Sequence record: OZ035821.1 | Source of the DNA: Kayfunavirus PDP21P1 | Length of the DNA stretch: 40,079 bases | Strand: one strand, 5' to 3' | Part shown: positions 9,094 to 19,103 of the stretch, piece after piece | Layout of the letters: the number at the start of each line of letters is the position of its first letter | Numbering within the stretch: the first letter of the stretch is position 1 | Position numbers and translations under genes: made by a program | Notes under the pieces: model-generated | What the model was told of the DNA's origin: nothing | The model's input: the letters and a program-made list of their open reading frames with translations, nothing else | Databases searched by the model: none

Positions 9094-9255
9094 ATGTATC
9101 AGAACACTATCAACTTCGAGCGCATCCGTGAACGTCAGCAGACTGAAGGTTACATTCCTAAGGGCCGTAACGCTCATGACTCCGAGGAAACTAAAAGTCG
9201 CAAGTTGAATAAAGTAAGGAGGGATCGCAGTGAGAAGCGTCATTTCTGTCAGTGA
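9094..9255 (+). CDS. gp1.1-like small basic protein
   Basis: 53-aa hand-found ORF. RKLNKVRRDRSEKR resembles the T7 gp1.1 basic segment (RKLNKTKRDRSHKR) as recalled. Overlaps the start of the next ORF by 26 nt. Confidence 0.45.
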   Translation: MYQNTINFERIRERQQTEGYIPKGRNAHDSEETKSRKLNKVRRDRSEKRHFCQ

Positions 9256-9631
9256 TAGATTCTGGAATAAAGTGGACAAGTCTGGAGAATGTTGGGAATG
9301 GACTGCCTCAAGATTTACTAATGGATACGGGCAGTTTACGATAAACGGAAGACCAATAGGGTCTCATAGATTCGCCTACATGGACACCTACGGTCCTATA
9401 CCTAAAGGCTTATTGGTAAGGCATACTTGCGACAACAGACTTTGTTGTAATCCTTCACATTTATTGTTGGGTACACCACAAGATAATATGAACGATAAGG
9501 TCGAACGTGGTAGACAGTACAGGCCTGAGAGGAAGTATGCTGAGGCTATGATGGTGGGCCTCAAGTATAAGGAGGCAAAAGAACTGTTCGGAATAAGCGA
9601 GACACATTTCTATAGGTTGAAAGGAGCATAA
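9230..9631 (+). CDS. HNH homing endonuclease
   Basis: GTG start with TAAGGAGGG RBS. Motifs CWEWT...NGYGQF, GPIPKGLLVRHTCDNRLCCNPSHLLLGTPQDNMNDK. Same family as the ORFs at 18588 and 32898. Confidence 0.75.
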   Translation: MRSVISVSDRFWNKVDKSGECWEWTASRFTNGYGQFTINGRPIGSHRFAYMDTYGPIPKGLLVRHTCDNRLCCNPSHLLLGTPQDNMNDKVERGRQYRPERKYAEAMMVGLKYKEAKELFGISETHFYRLKGA

Positions 9632-9635
9632 CTCT

Positions 9636-9899
9636 ATGGGCCGACTTTATAGTGGCAATCTCAACGCTTTCAGAGCAGCGTGTAACAGGCTCTATCAGTT
9701 AGACTTCGCTGTCATATCTCAGGAGTTTCAAGACTGTACGTCACACCAAGAGTGCATGAAACTCAGGGTGGATGACCGAGCTGGTAACATCTTCGCGCTT
9801 GTGACCTTCTCACGCTACGATGAAGACGTGCTGTATAACACCGCAACCGACTACCTCAACGGTCTCGCTGACCAACTCGACACATGGAGCAAAGCATAA
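9636..9899 (+). CDS. 1.2: Inhibitor of host dGTPase, T7 gp1.2 homolog
   Basis: 87 aa. MGRLYSGNLxAFxAAxNxLxQLDxAVI ... YDEDVLxN matches T7 gp1.2 as recalled. Confidence 0.8.
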   Translation: MGRLYSGNLNAFRAACNRLYQLDFAVISQEFQDCTSHQECMKLRVDDRAGNIFALVTFSRYDEDVLYNTATDYLNGLADQLDTWSKA

Positions 9900-10921
9900 T
9901 GACAACTATCAAAACCAACCCGCACCGCGCTGTAGATTACTCTGAGTCTGGCATTAAGAAGGCACTGGAAGCAGCCGGGTCTCTGGAAGCTGAAGTGAAG
10001 TATGACGGTGTGCGACTAAACCTCCCGGTCCTGCGTGAAGGTGAGACCTACTGGCTGAGCCGTGAGTCTAAACCTCTGCCTGCCTTGGAGTGGATGAACT
10101 CTGAGTTAGGCAACGCGTGGACCCAAGCTGACTGGCGATGGTTCCTGCGTCAAGCTGGCTACGAAGGTGTTGGCCTCATGATTGATGGCGAGGTCATGGT
10201 CAAAGGTGTGGACTTCAACACATCATCGGGTCTCATCCGAACGAAGTGGCTGAATCCTAGCAACGAGGAGTTCGCTGAATGCTATCCGTGGCGTGGAAAG
10301 AAGGTCCCGTTCTGGGTCGCCAGGTCACGACTTCAGGTTGTGGTTTACGGTGTCGTCGACATGACAACCATTGCTGACCCGAAAGCCGAAGGTCCTATTC
10401 ATAGCGTAACCCGCCTGAAGGCCGAAGCTATCGTCCCTCTCCTTCAGAAATACTTCCCGGAAATCGACTGGGTTCTCTCTGAGAGTCATACAGTGTTCGA
10501 CCTTGAGTCTCTTCGTGATTTGTACGAGGAGAAGCGAGCAGATGGACATGAAGGTCTGGTAGTCAAGGACCCGCTTGGTAAGTATAAGCGAGGCAAGAAG
10601 TCGGGCATGTGGAAGATGAAGCCAAGTGAAGAGGCAGATGGTCACGTTGTTCGCCCGGTGTGGGGAACAGAAGGTCTAGCCAACGAAGGCATGGTCATTG
10701 GCTTTGACGTTATTCTCGAGAACGGGATGGAGGTCTCCGCAACTAACATTAGTCGCGCCCTTATGTCCGAGTTCACGGAGAACGTTAAGTCAGACCCTGA
10801 CTACTACAAAGGGTGGGCTTGCCAGATTACCTACATGGAGGAGACACCAGATGGCTCATTGCGACACCCCTCGTTCGACCAGTGGCGTGGAACTGAGGAT
10901 AATCCTACAGTCAAGATTTAA
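9899..10921 (+). CDS. 1.3: ATP-dependent DNA ligase, T7 gp1.3 homolog
   Basis: Start taken at ATG 9899, overlapping the gp1.2 stop (N-terminus MTTIKTNP, as in T7 MMNIKTNP). Adenylation motif EVKYDGVR; C-terminus ETPDGSLRHPSF..RGTEDNP matches T7 ligase. Confidence 0.93.
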   Translation: MTTIKTNPHRAVDYSESGIKKALEAAGSLEAEVKYDGVRLNLPVLREGETYWLSRESKPLPALEWMNSELGNAWTQADWRWFLRQAGYEGVGLMIDGEVMVKGVDFNTSSGLIRTKWLNPSNEEFAECYPWRGKKVPFWVARSRLQVVVYGVVDMTTIADPKAEGPIHSVTRLKAEAIVPLLQKYFPEIDWVLSESHTVFDLESLRDLYEEKRADGHEGLVVKDPLGKYKRGKKSGMWKMKPSEEADGHVVRPVWGTEGLANEGMVIGFDVILENGMEVSATNISRALMSEFTENVKSDPDYYKGWACQITYMEETPDGSLRHPSFDQWRGTEDNPTVKI

Positions 10922-10964
10922 AGTGGACGAAAGGTCGGCCTTAAGAGATTCATTATGACATCAA

Positions 10965-10998
10965 CCCAGTGGTCTTAGCGGACTGCTGGGTTTCTTTG
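10965..10998 (+). terminator. Intrinsic terminator after the ligase gene (TE-like early terminator)
   Basis: 10-bp stem CCCAGTGGTC / GACTGCTGGG with a 6-nt loop, followed by TTTCTTTG. Same position as the T7 early terminator. Confidence 0.55.
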
Positions 10999-11037
10999 CT
11001 TGTTCTAGCAAGCTATCGTCTGGGCCACCAGCTAGAC

Positions 11038-11060
11038 CCTAAGCTATCACTATAGGACAA
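11038..11060 (+). promoter_or_regulatory. Phage RNA polymerase promoter
   Basis: CCTAAGCTATCACTATA^GGACAA. Confidence 0.7.
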
Positions 11061-11084
11061 CCATCAACAACCAAAGGAGACTCT

Positions 11085-11345
11085 ATGTCTAAGAACTTAA
11101 TGTTCAACCGTTATACCGATACATTCCATCTGTCCAACAACCCGTTCGCTTGCATTAAGAGCAACGAGAAGCTTGGATACTTCGGGAAGGCCGTTAAGCT
11201 GTCACCTACAGTCTATGCTCTGATTAGTCCCGGCAAAGCTGAAGAGGCTCGCCAGAAGCGTGAGACCGACGTACCTGTGGTATACACCAAGTGGCCTCGA
11301 GTTCGTCTGTTTATTGAGTTCATGAAGGAGGTGATCAATGGTTAA
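11085..11345 (+). CDS. gp1.6-like protein
   Basis: 86-aa ORF with AAAGGAG RBS; in the T7 gene 1.6 position, upstream of 1.7. Function unknown. Confidence 0.5.
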   Translation: MSKNLMFNRYTDTFHLSNNPFACIKSNEKLGYFGKAVKLSPTVYALISPGKAEEARQKRETDVPVVYTKWPRVRLFIEFMKEVING

Positions 11346-11781
11346 GGTGGGGGATACAGTTAACTATGTTGGACCAGTTGAAGCCCACACGGGACGCTCC
11401 TGTGGCAAGGTGATAGTGGTTAAGAATGGGCATGTGGCTGTTGTTAAGTGGCCCCGTTTATCTGAACCACTCACTCACTCCATTAATTCCTTAAGTATTA
11501 CCAAGCAGGCGCAGTCCGAGACGACAACCATAGGTCAGGAAGATAGCGTCCGTAAGCCGTCTCACTATCAGGTCTTTGACGGTGTGGAATCCATTGAGAT
11601 TATCGCTCGGTCAATGACTGTCAGCGAGTTCCGTGGGTTCTGCATGGGTAACGTCCTGAAGTATCGACTCAGGGCTGGTAAGAAGTCAGAGCTGGCGACT
11701 ATGGAGAAGGACCTGAACAAAGCAGCCTTCTATCAGGAGCTGTTCGACCTACATAAAGGTAAGTGCTATGCTGCCGAGTGA
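11338..11781 (+). CDS. 1.7: Nucleotide kinase, T7 gp1.7 homolog (N-terminally shorter)
   Basis: C-terminal half KPSHYQVFDGVESIEIIARSMTVSEFRGFCMGNVLKYRLRAGKKSELATMEKDLNKAAFY matches the T7 gp1.7 C-terminus as recalled. GAAGGAGG RBS. Confidence 0.75.
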   Translation: MVKVGDTVNYVGPVEAHTGRSCGKVIVVKNGHVAVVKWPRLSEPLTHSINSLSITKQAQSETTTIGQEDSVRKPSHYQVFDGVESIEIIARSMTVSEFRGFCMGNVLKYRLRAGKKSELATMEKDLNKAAFYQELFDLHKGKCYAAE

Positions 11782-11863
11782 GTGGTGCGAGCGTAAATTT
11801 GAGGAGACAGGTAACGTCGATTACCTTCAGCTCTACAACTTATGGAAGGAGCGTGGTCTATGA
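11768..11863 (+). CDS. Small ORF in gene 1.8 position
   Basis: 31-aa hand-found ORF, overlapping both neighbours (ATGA overlap with gene 2). Position only. Confidence 0.2.
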   Translation: MLPSEWCERKFEETGNVDYLQLYNLWKERGL

Positions 11864-12018
11864 CTGACGTAGAGAAGAAATACATCGTGGAACTTGAGGG
11901 ACGTACCCAGTCTTTCGAGGTTCCGGTGTACGCAAAGTCTCTTGAAGAGGCTACCCTGAAGTCCCAAGAGTATGAGGACGCTGGGTTTGTGGTCGGACGG
12001 ATTCGTCCTGAGACCTAA
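11860..12018 (+). CDS. 2: Host RNA polymerase inhibitor, T7 gp2 homolog
   Basis: 52-aa hand-found [18 protein letters not shown]...[10 protein letters not shown] parallels T7 gp2 (HSFEVPIYAETLDEA...AGFEVTRVRP). GGAAGGAG RBS. Confidence 0.75.
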   Translation: MTDVEKKYIVELEGRTQSFEVPVYAKSLEEATLKSQEYEDAGFVVGRIRPET

Positions 12019-12036
12019 ACTATCACTGTAGGACAG
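12014..12036 (+). promoter_or_regulatory. Phage promoter variant (phi2.5-like)
   Basis: CCTAAACTATCACTGTA^GGACAG; one mismatch in the TATA element. Precedes the SSB gene. Confidence 0.55.
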
Positions 12037-12076
12037 ACGTCCAGTTCGTAACTTTTAAATTAGGAGCTTTACACCG

Positions 12077-12775
12077 ATGGCTAAAGAGCAACTGAAGACT
12101 TTCACCACTCCGGTAGCTGGTATCGTTGAGCCTTACGCATGGCTTAACAAAGCAGACACCAAGTTCAACGAGCGTGGTGAGCATAAGGTTAACCTGACAT
12201 TCGACCTGAGCAACCCGAAGGTCCGTAAGATGATTGATGTCTTGCAGAAGATTCACGACGATGCGTATGCGAAAGCACTCGCAGACCACGAGAAGAACCC
12301 ACCTAAGGTTCAGCGTGGCAAGAAGCCTATTGAACCACGAGAAGGCGACATGCCGTGGATTGAGAATGGTGACGGTACTGTTACCCTGAAGTTTAAATGC
12401 TTCGCGTCTTACCTGAAGGATGGTAAGTCAGAGCCTATCGTATTACGGTTCTACGACACCGATGCTAAGTTAATCCGTGACGTCCCGAATATTGGTGCTG
12501 GCTCCAAACTGAAGGTCAAGTTTAAAGTCCTACCGTTCAAGTGGAACGCTGCGACTGGTGCAAGCGTTAAGCTCCAGCTTGAGTCCTGCCTTCTGGTAGA
12601 ACTGAAGGAGTGGAAAGGTGATGGTTCTGGTGGCGATGGTGGCTGGGGTGACGATGAAGACCTCGGTACTGGGTACAAAGCGTCAACCGATGGTGACTTC
12701 GGGTCTGACGACTTCGGTGACGATGGTTCCGAAGGTGGTGACGACTCTGGCTCTGGTGGCGATTACGACTTCTAA
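12077..12775 (+). CDS. 2.5: Single-stranded DNA-binding protein, T7 gp2.5 homolog
   Basis: 232 aa, same length as T7 gp2.5. Conserved core (RGKKPxxPxEGDMP, GDGTxTxKFKC, GSKLKVK, ASVKLQLES) and acidic C-terminal tail ending in DF, as in T7. Confidence 0.93.
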   Translation: MAKEQLKTFTTPVAGIVEPYAWLNKADTKFNERGEHKVNLTFDLSNPKVRKMIDVLQKIHDDAYAKALADHEKNPPKVQRGKKPIEPREGDMPWIENGDGTVTLKFKCFASYLKDGKSEPIVLRFYDTDAKLIRDVPNIGAGSKLKVKFKVLPFKWNAATGASVKLQLESCLLVELKEWKGDGSGGDGGWGDDEDLGTGYKASTDGDFGSDDFGDDGSEGGDDSGSGGDYDF

Positions 12776-13227
12776 TGGCACAATGGTCTGCAAAACGGGG
12801 GCACTCTGTGGGTGCCTACCGCTCTGGACTTGAAGCCAAGAACCAGCAGTGGCTGGAACAGAATGGCGTCAAAGCGGAGTACGAAAGCCATTATATCAAC
12901 TATGTGATTCCAGCTTCCGACCACAAGTACACACCAGATTTTATCCTTCCTAACGGTATCATCGTGGAGACCAAAGGTATCTTCGATAGTGATGACCGTA
13001 AGAAGCACCTTCTGGTACGAGAACAGCACCCAGAGTTAGACATCCGGTTCGTGTTCTCAAGTTCCCGCTCAAAGTTATACAAAGGGTCTCCGACCACGTA
13101 TGGCGCATGGTGCGAAAAGAACGGCTTTAAGTTTGCCGACAAGTTCATCCCGGTTGAGTGGCTGCGAGAGGCGACTGTACATCTGCCTTCAGGCATACTC
13201 ATTCCAAAGAAGAAAGGAGTTAAGTAA
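12775..13227 (+). CDS. 3: Endonuclease I (Holliday junction resolvase), T7 gp3 homolog
   Basis: 150 aa. YVIPASxHxYTPDFxLPNGIxVETKG, DRKKHLLxREQHPELDIRxVFSSSRxKLYKGSPT matches T7 gp3. Confidence 0.93.
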   Translation: MAQWSAKRGHSVGAYRSGLEAKNQQWLEQNGVKAEYESHYINYVIPASDHKYTPDFILPNGIIVETKGIFDSDDRKKHLLVREQHPELDIRFVFSSSRSKLYKGSPTTYGAWCEKNGFKFADKFIPVEWLREATVHLPSGILIPKKKGVK

Positions 13228-13718
13228 TGAGCAAGAAGTTTAAACTGTCAGTAAATACGTGTGGCTGGCCTCGTGGGACCATCGTTACCAAGTGTGAGAA
13301 GGATCCCACACCATATCCGCACATGACCCTAGTTGAGTGCAGCACTCCGGGCACCTACAAAAACGGGTCTAACGGCCACAACACTCAGCCTGATGGTATG
13401 TGGGGAGCATGGGTCCATGACCATGAACTTGAGGAAATAAAGCAGGAAGAGAAACTCACTGGTGTACAGACCACTCAAGTCATGCCAGCTTCTAGCGTAC
13501 CGCCTGTGACTATGAAGCGTGAAGTCCTGACCATCAACAAGGTTGGTGTAGGTCAGACTTTCATCGTCCACGGTAAGCCTGACGAAGTGTACGTGAAGAT
13601 TAGCAACTCTCACGTCTTCAACCATAAGTTGCTCCAGATGCACACGACTGACGCCCAGCGCTTCCAGTCACACCTGAATCTGGTCGTAGTAGAGCTGGTG
13701 GTGTACAATGGTAAGTAA
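13227..13718 (+). CDS. Hypothetical protein, no T7 counterpart at this position
   Basis: 163-aa ORF with AAAGGAG RBS. Start overlaps the gene 3 stop; end overlaps the gene 3.5 start. No recognisable motif. Confidence 0.6.
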   Translation: MSKKFKLSVNTCGWPRGTIVTKCEKDPTPYPHMTLVECSTPGTYKNGSNGHNTQPDGMWGAWVHDHELEEIKQEEKLTGVQTTQVMPASSVPPVTMKREVLTINKVGVGQTFIVHGKPDEVYVKISNSHVFNHKLLQMHTTDAQRFQSHLNLVVVELVVYNGK

Positions 13719-14166
13719 GGTTCAGTTTAACCCACGGTCCCGGACTGACGCTATCTTCGTTCACTGTTCGGCTACCAAGCCAGATATGGACATCGGGGTG
13801 GAGACCATCCGTATGTGGCACAAGCAGCAAGGCTGGCTGGACGTAGGCTATCACTTTATCATCAAACGTGATGGCACTGTGGAAGATGGGCGCCCGGTCA
13901 ATGTCGTAGGGTCACACGTTAAGGACTGGAACTCAAAGTCCGTAGGCGTCTGCCTTGTAGGTGGAATCAACGCTAAGGGTCAGTTTGAAGCTAACTTCAC
14001 TCCAGCCCAGATGAACTCCCTGCGCAACAAGCTGGATGACCTGAAGGCCCTGTACCCTCAGGCAGAAATCAAAGCACACCATGACGTAGCACCTAAGGCG
14101 TGTCCAAGTTTCGACTTGCAACTCTGGCTGTCTACCAATGAACTGGTCACTTCCGACCGTGGTTAG
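13708..14166 (+). CDS. 3.5: Lysozyme / N-acetylmuramoyl-L-alanine amidase, T7 gp3.5 homolog
   Basis: 152 aa. TDAIFVHCSATKP, WLDVGYHFIIKRDGTVE, AHHxVAPKACPSFDL, C-terminal NELVTSDRG identical to T7. Confidence 0.95.
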   Translation: MVSKVQFNPRSRTDAIFVHCSATKPDMDIGVETIRMWHKQQGWLDVGYHFIIKRDGTVEDGRPVNVVGSHVKDWNSKSVGVCLVGGINAKGQFEANFTPAQMNSLRNKLDDLKALYPQAEIKAHHDVAPKACPSFDLQLWLSTNELVTSDRG

Positions 14167-14189
14167 TAAACTCTAAGGAGAACAACTCA

Positions 14190-14393
14190 ATGATTAAACT
14201 TATCGAATTTCTTGGTCGTACGGTGGTGCGTGGCTATCGTCGTGCTGCGGTACTGGAACGAAAGGTAGAAAAGAAGGCTGCCGATGGTGCTGCTCTGGCT
14301 GACAAGCTGACCATCGCGTCACTGGAAGCTGGCATGAAGGCACGTCAAGCTGACACCAAAGCTGACCAGTTGGCTCAGTTCTTCAAAGCCTAA
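14190..14393 (+). CDS. Hypothetical small protein (Ala/Lys-rich, predicted helical)
   Basis: 67-aa ORF with AAGGAG RBS, in the position of T7 gene 3.8 but without an HNH motif. Confidence 0.45.
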   Translation: MIKLIEFLGRTVVRGYRRAAVLERKVEKKAADGAALADKLTIASLEAGMKARQADTKADQLAQFFKA

Positions 14394-14411
14394 ACTATCA
14401 CCTTAGGGATG
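14389..14411 (+). promoter_or_regulatory. Degenerate phage promoter-like element
   Basis: CCTAAACTATCACCTTA^GGGATG; two mismatches in the -4/-3 TATA region, so possibly weak or inactive. Followed by a GGGAC-N10-GTCCC hairpin. Confidence 0.35.
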
Positions 14412-14456
14412 GGACCTTGAGTCTTGTCCCTTTGTTCGCATTTGTGATTAAGAAAT

Positions 14457-14535
14457 GTCTCCATAGCTCAAACGGTAGAGCGGCGGGTCGTTATGGCCTA
14501 TTGCGATTAGGGTTCGAATCCCCGTGGAGACGCCA
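14457..14535 (+). tRNA. tRNA-like element; anticodon arm unresolved
   Basis: Perfect 7-bp acceptor stem (GTCTCCA / TGGAGAC), discriminator G and encoded CCA; canonical D-arm (TA GCTC AAACGGTA GAGC); canonical T-arm (GGG TTCGAAT CCC). The 26 nt between D- and T-arms do not fold into a clean 5-bp stem / 7-nt loop by eye. Possible loop TTGCGAT (anticodon GCG) or GTCGTTA. Confidence 0.45.
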
Positions 14536-14546
14536 CTAAGGAGTGA

Positions 14547-16250
<1,704 letters not shown>

Positions 16251-16261
16251 GGAGGAGTACA

Positions 16262-16426
16262 TTGCTAAGAAAACTTAAAGCTCGCTACCATCGGTTCATG
16301 TACAAATGGTGGAGCGATGAAGCAACCTGCCTGTCCAACATTCTGGGAGACCAGAGGTTCGACTCTAAGGCATGGAAGAAGGCTAACCGTAAGTTCATGT
16401 ACCACTTCTTACGTACAGACTTCTAG
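16262..16426 (+). CDS. Hypothetical small basic protein (gene 4.x position)
   Basis: Start taken at TTG 16262, 6 nt after GGAGGAG; the track's GTG start at 16229 overlaps gene 4. 54 aa. Confidence 0.3.
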   Translation: MLRKLKARYHRFMYKWWSDEATCLSNILGDQRFDSKAWKKANRKFMYHFLRTDF

Positions 16427-16427
16427 G

Positions 16428-16470
16428 TCTAGACTCAAGGCCATTCACATCGAGTGGCCTTTATGATTAG
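16428..16470 (+). promoter_or_regulatory. Conserved hairpin (AAGGCCA-N11-TGGCCTT), candidate RNase III site upstream of gene 5
   Basis: Flanks (TAGACTCAAGG ... TGGCCTTTATGATTAGAC) are near-identical to the copies at 298-342 and 9018-9063. Confidence 0.3.
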
Positions 16471-16489
16471 ACTAAACGGAGGATTAACC

Positions 16490-18505
16490 ATGTTTGACCT
16501 TAAGAGTATCTGGGGTTCTGACATCGAGACCAACGGTCTCCTTGATACAGTCTCCCAGTTCCACTGCGGGGTCCTGATTAACGCCGAGTCGAATGAGACC
16601 CTTAAGTATGGGGTAGCTCCGATGGTCGGTATCGTCGGTGGCTTCAAAGAGTATGTGCAGAAGGTTGAAGAGATTGCCGCATCACCTGATGGTATGCTGG
16701 TATTCCACAACGGTATCAACTATGACGTCCCGGCTATAGACAAGCTGAAGCGTCTGTACTTTGGGAAACGCTTTAACTTCCCGAAACACAAGATGATTGA
16801 TACCTTGGTGCTGGGGCGCTTGATGTATCCAAACATTAAGTTCTCAGACATGGGCGCGGTGAAAGCTGGTCGCCTTCCACCTAATATGATGGGACGTCAG
16901 TCTCTTGAGGCTTGGGGTTATCGTCTCGGTGAGATGAAAGGTGAGTACAAACACGATTACGTTGCCAAGTGTAAGGCTGAAGGCATCGAATATAAGGCTG
17001 GGGACGAATGGTTGTTCCCGTCTCAGGAGATGCTGGACTATAACGTTCAAGACGTTGTGGTCACACTGGCGTTGTTCAAGAAGTTCCTGACTGACAAGTA
17101 TTACTTCCAGTCTGAAAAGTTCGCTTTCGACCATATTTATGCGTTGCGTCTGGAACATGATGCTGCGTGGACCTGTGCGAAGATGGAACGTAACGGTTAT
17201 CCGATGAACACCGAGATGGTCGAAGGCTTATATCGTGAACTCACTGTAAAACGTGCAGAGCTGCTGGACAAGCTGCGTTCGACTTTCGGTAGCTGGTATG
17301 CACCGAAGGGAGGCAAGGAGTTCTTCAGGCACCCACGGACAGGAAAGGACCTTCCGAAGTATCCGCGAGTCGTGTATCCTAATGTCGGTGGCATCTTTAA
17401 GAAGCCGAAGAACAAAGCTCAACGCTTAGGTCTGGAGCCTTGCGAGTTCGACTCACGAGACACGATGAAGGGAGCACCATTCACTCCAATCACTTACGTT
17501 GAGTTTAATCCGGGAAGCGGAGACCACTTAGCGAAAGTCCTGATGGAGCGTGGCTGGGAGCCTGTGGACTTCACTGACACCGGGAAACCTGTGGTTGATG
17601 ACGAGACGTTAGAACACGTTAAGTTACCAGACGCAGAGGCTCAGGCTTGCGTAGAGCTGGTCCGTGAGTATCTGGTAGTCCAGAAGCGCATTGGTCAGGC
17701 GGCTGAGGGTAAGAACGCATGGTTGAAACTTGTAGGTCAAGACGGACGTATGCATGGTTCAATCAACCCCTGCGGGGCAGTAACCGGACGTGCGACGCAT
17801 AGTGCACCAAACATGGCTCAAGTCCCGGCTAACGGTGCTCCATATGGTGAGACTTGCCGTGGTGCTTTCGGTGCAGCTTGGAACAAGACGGATGGTAAGC
17901 CAGACCCTTGGATTCAAGTTGGTGTGGATGCCTCAGGTCTTGAGCTTCGTTGTCTGGGGAACCGAGCGGCTCCGTTTGATGGTGGTACCTATGCGAGGAC
18001 TGTGGTCGAAGGTGACATCCACTGGGCCAACGCAGTCAACGCTGGGCTAGCACCTAACGTACCACGCGACAAGTCGAGCCACGACCACGATTCTTTCCGT
18101 AACAACGCTAAGACGTTCATCTATGCGTTCCTGTATGGTGCAGGGGCAGCTAAGATTGGACTGATAGTCGGCGGTGGTAAGAAGGAAGGTTCAGCTCTCA
18201 TGAAGAAATTCATTGAGGGTACACCAGCCATCAAGGACCTCAGGGAAGCTGTGAGTAATACGTTAATCTCAGACTCTAAGTGGGTGGACGGAGAGAACAT
18301 CGTTAAGTGGAAACGCCGTTGGCTGCGTGGACTTGATGGTCGCCGTATCCACATCCGGTCACCCCACTCAGCACTGAACGCATTACTTCAAGGTGACGGT
18401 GCGGTGGTATGCAAGCACTGGATTGTTGAGACTGAGCGTATGCTGGAAGCCGAAGGATATGTCCACGGCTGGGATGGAGACTTTGCGTACATGGCATGGG
18501 TGCAT
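16490..18505 (+). CDS. 5: DNA polymerase, exon 1 (T7 gp5 homolog)
   Basis: Start moved to ATG 16490 (GGAGG RBS; MFDLKSIWGSDIETNGLL parallels T7 MIVSDIEANALL). Thioredoxin-binding loop present (GGIFKKPKNKAQR). Exon ends ...DGDFAYMAWVH, directly followed by TAA. Confidence 0.93.
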
Positions 18506-19103
18506 TAACATCATGGTGCACATTAAATCTGGTGAACTCGGTGAACTCCTAATGGGACAATACCGAGCCAAGCCATAGGGAGGATGTATGAGAGGCAAGA
18601 AGTTAATTCTTGAGGCCACTGAGACTGGCTGCATAATCCCTACGTCACATAAATTGAATAAGGATGGATACTTCCGAAAGAGGACTAACGGTGTCCTTGA
18701 GATGTATCATAGAACTGTATGGATTAAAGCTAATGGTCCAATACCTGACGGTTTCGAAGTAGACCACAAGTGTCGTAATAGAGCTTGTTGCAACGTCGAA
18801 CATCTACAAGTATTAGACCGGGACTCACACTTAGTCAAGACCAACAAAGAGCGATACGCTGCTAGGAAGCTAGAAGCACGAGACTACTGGGTAGAGACTG
18901 GGTGTACTGGAACGAAGTTAGCCGAAGTATTCAATGTGTCGTTCTCAGCCGCCTGTGGGTGGATTAGAGAGTGGAAGGCGTAGAGACTATCCGAAAGGAG
19001 TAGGGCCGTGGGTGAGATTCCCACGTAACCCGAAGCGCCAGACAGTCACCTCAAAGACTGATGATATAGTCCGACACTTCCAGTAATGGGAGAATACAGA
19101 AAG
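18506..19103 (+). mobile_element. Group I intron interrupting the DNA polymerase gene; carries an HNH endonuclease ORF
   Basis: Stop codon immediately after exon 1. Exon 2 restores DELQIACRTQEI...LDTEGKIGPTWKECH, the conserved T7 gp5 C-terminus, in frame. 5' splice site after U18505 with P1 pairing (exon GUGCAU : intron GUGCAC at 18516-18521, U.G at the junction). Intron ends in G19103. Possible P10 (intron CAUC 18509-18512 : exon 2 GAUG). Confidence 0.7.
18588..18983 (+). CDS. Intron-encoded HNH homing endonuclease
   Basis: 131-aa ORF within the intron, in a different frame from the polymerase, with GGGAGG RBS. Motif NGPIPDGFEVDHKCRNRACCNVEHLQVL; same family as the ORFs at 9230 and 32898. 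Confidence 0.8.
   Translation: MRGKKLILEATETGCIIPTSHKLNKDGYFRKRTNGVLEMYHRTVWIKANGPIPDGFEVDHKCRNRACCNVEHLQVLDRDSHLVKTNKERYAARKLEARDYWVETGCTGTKLAEVFNVSFSAACGWIREWKA

Noticed and set aside
10698-10958. 86-aa + strand ORF overlapping the 3' end of the ligase gene
   Set aside because: It lies in an alternate frame inside the well-supported ligase ORF and runs into the terminator. Arg/Ser/Thr-rich translation, no RBS.
14190-14393. 67-aa ORF as the T7 gp3.8 HNH-like protein
   Set aside because: It occupies the gene 3.8 position but has no Cys/His HNH motif. It is kept as a hypothetical protein instead.
16454-16489. Track start codons at 16454 (DNA polymerase) and 380 (i-spanin)
   Set aside because: Both upstream starts lack an RBS or sit inside one. 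The downstream ATGs (16490, 395) have canonical GGAGG spacing and give N-termini matching T7 homologs.
18506-19103. Intein as an alternative explanation for the split DNA polymerase
   Set aside because: A stop codon follows exon 1 immediately and the HNH ORF is in a different frame with its own RBS. The insert cannot be translated as an in-frame protein insertion, so an RNA intron is the consistent reading.
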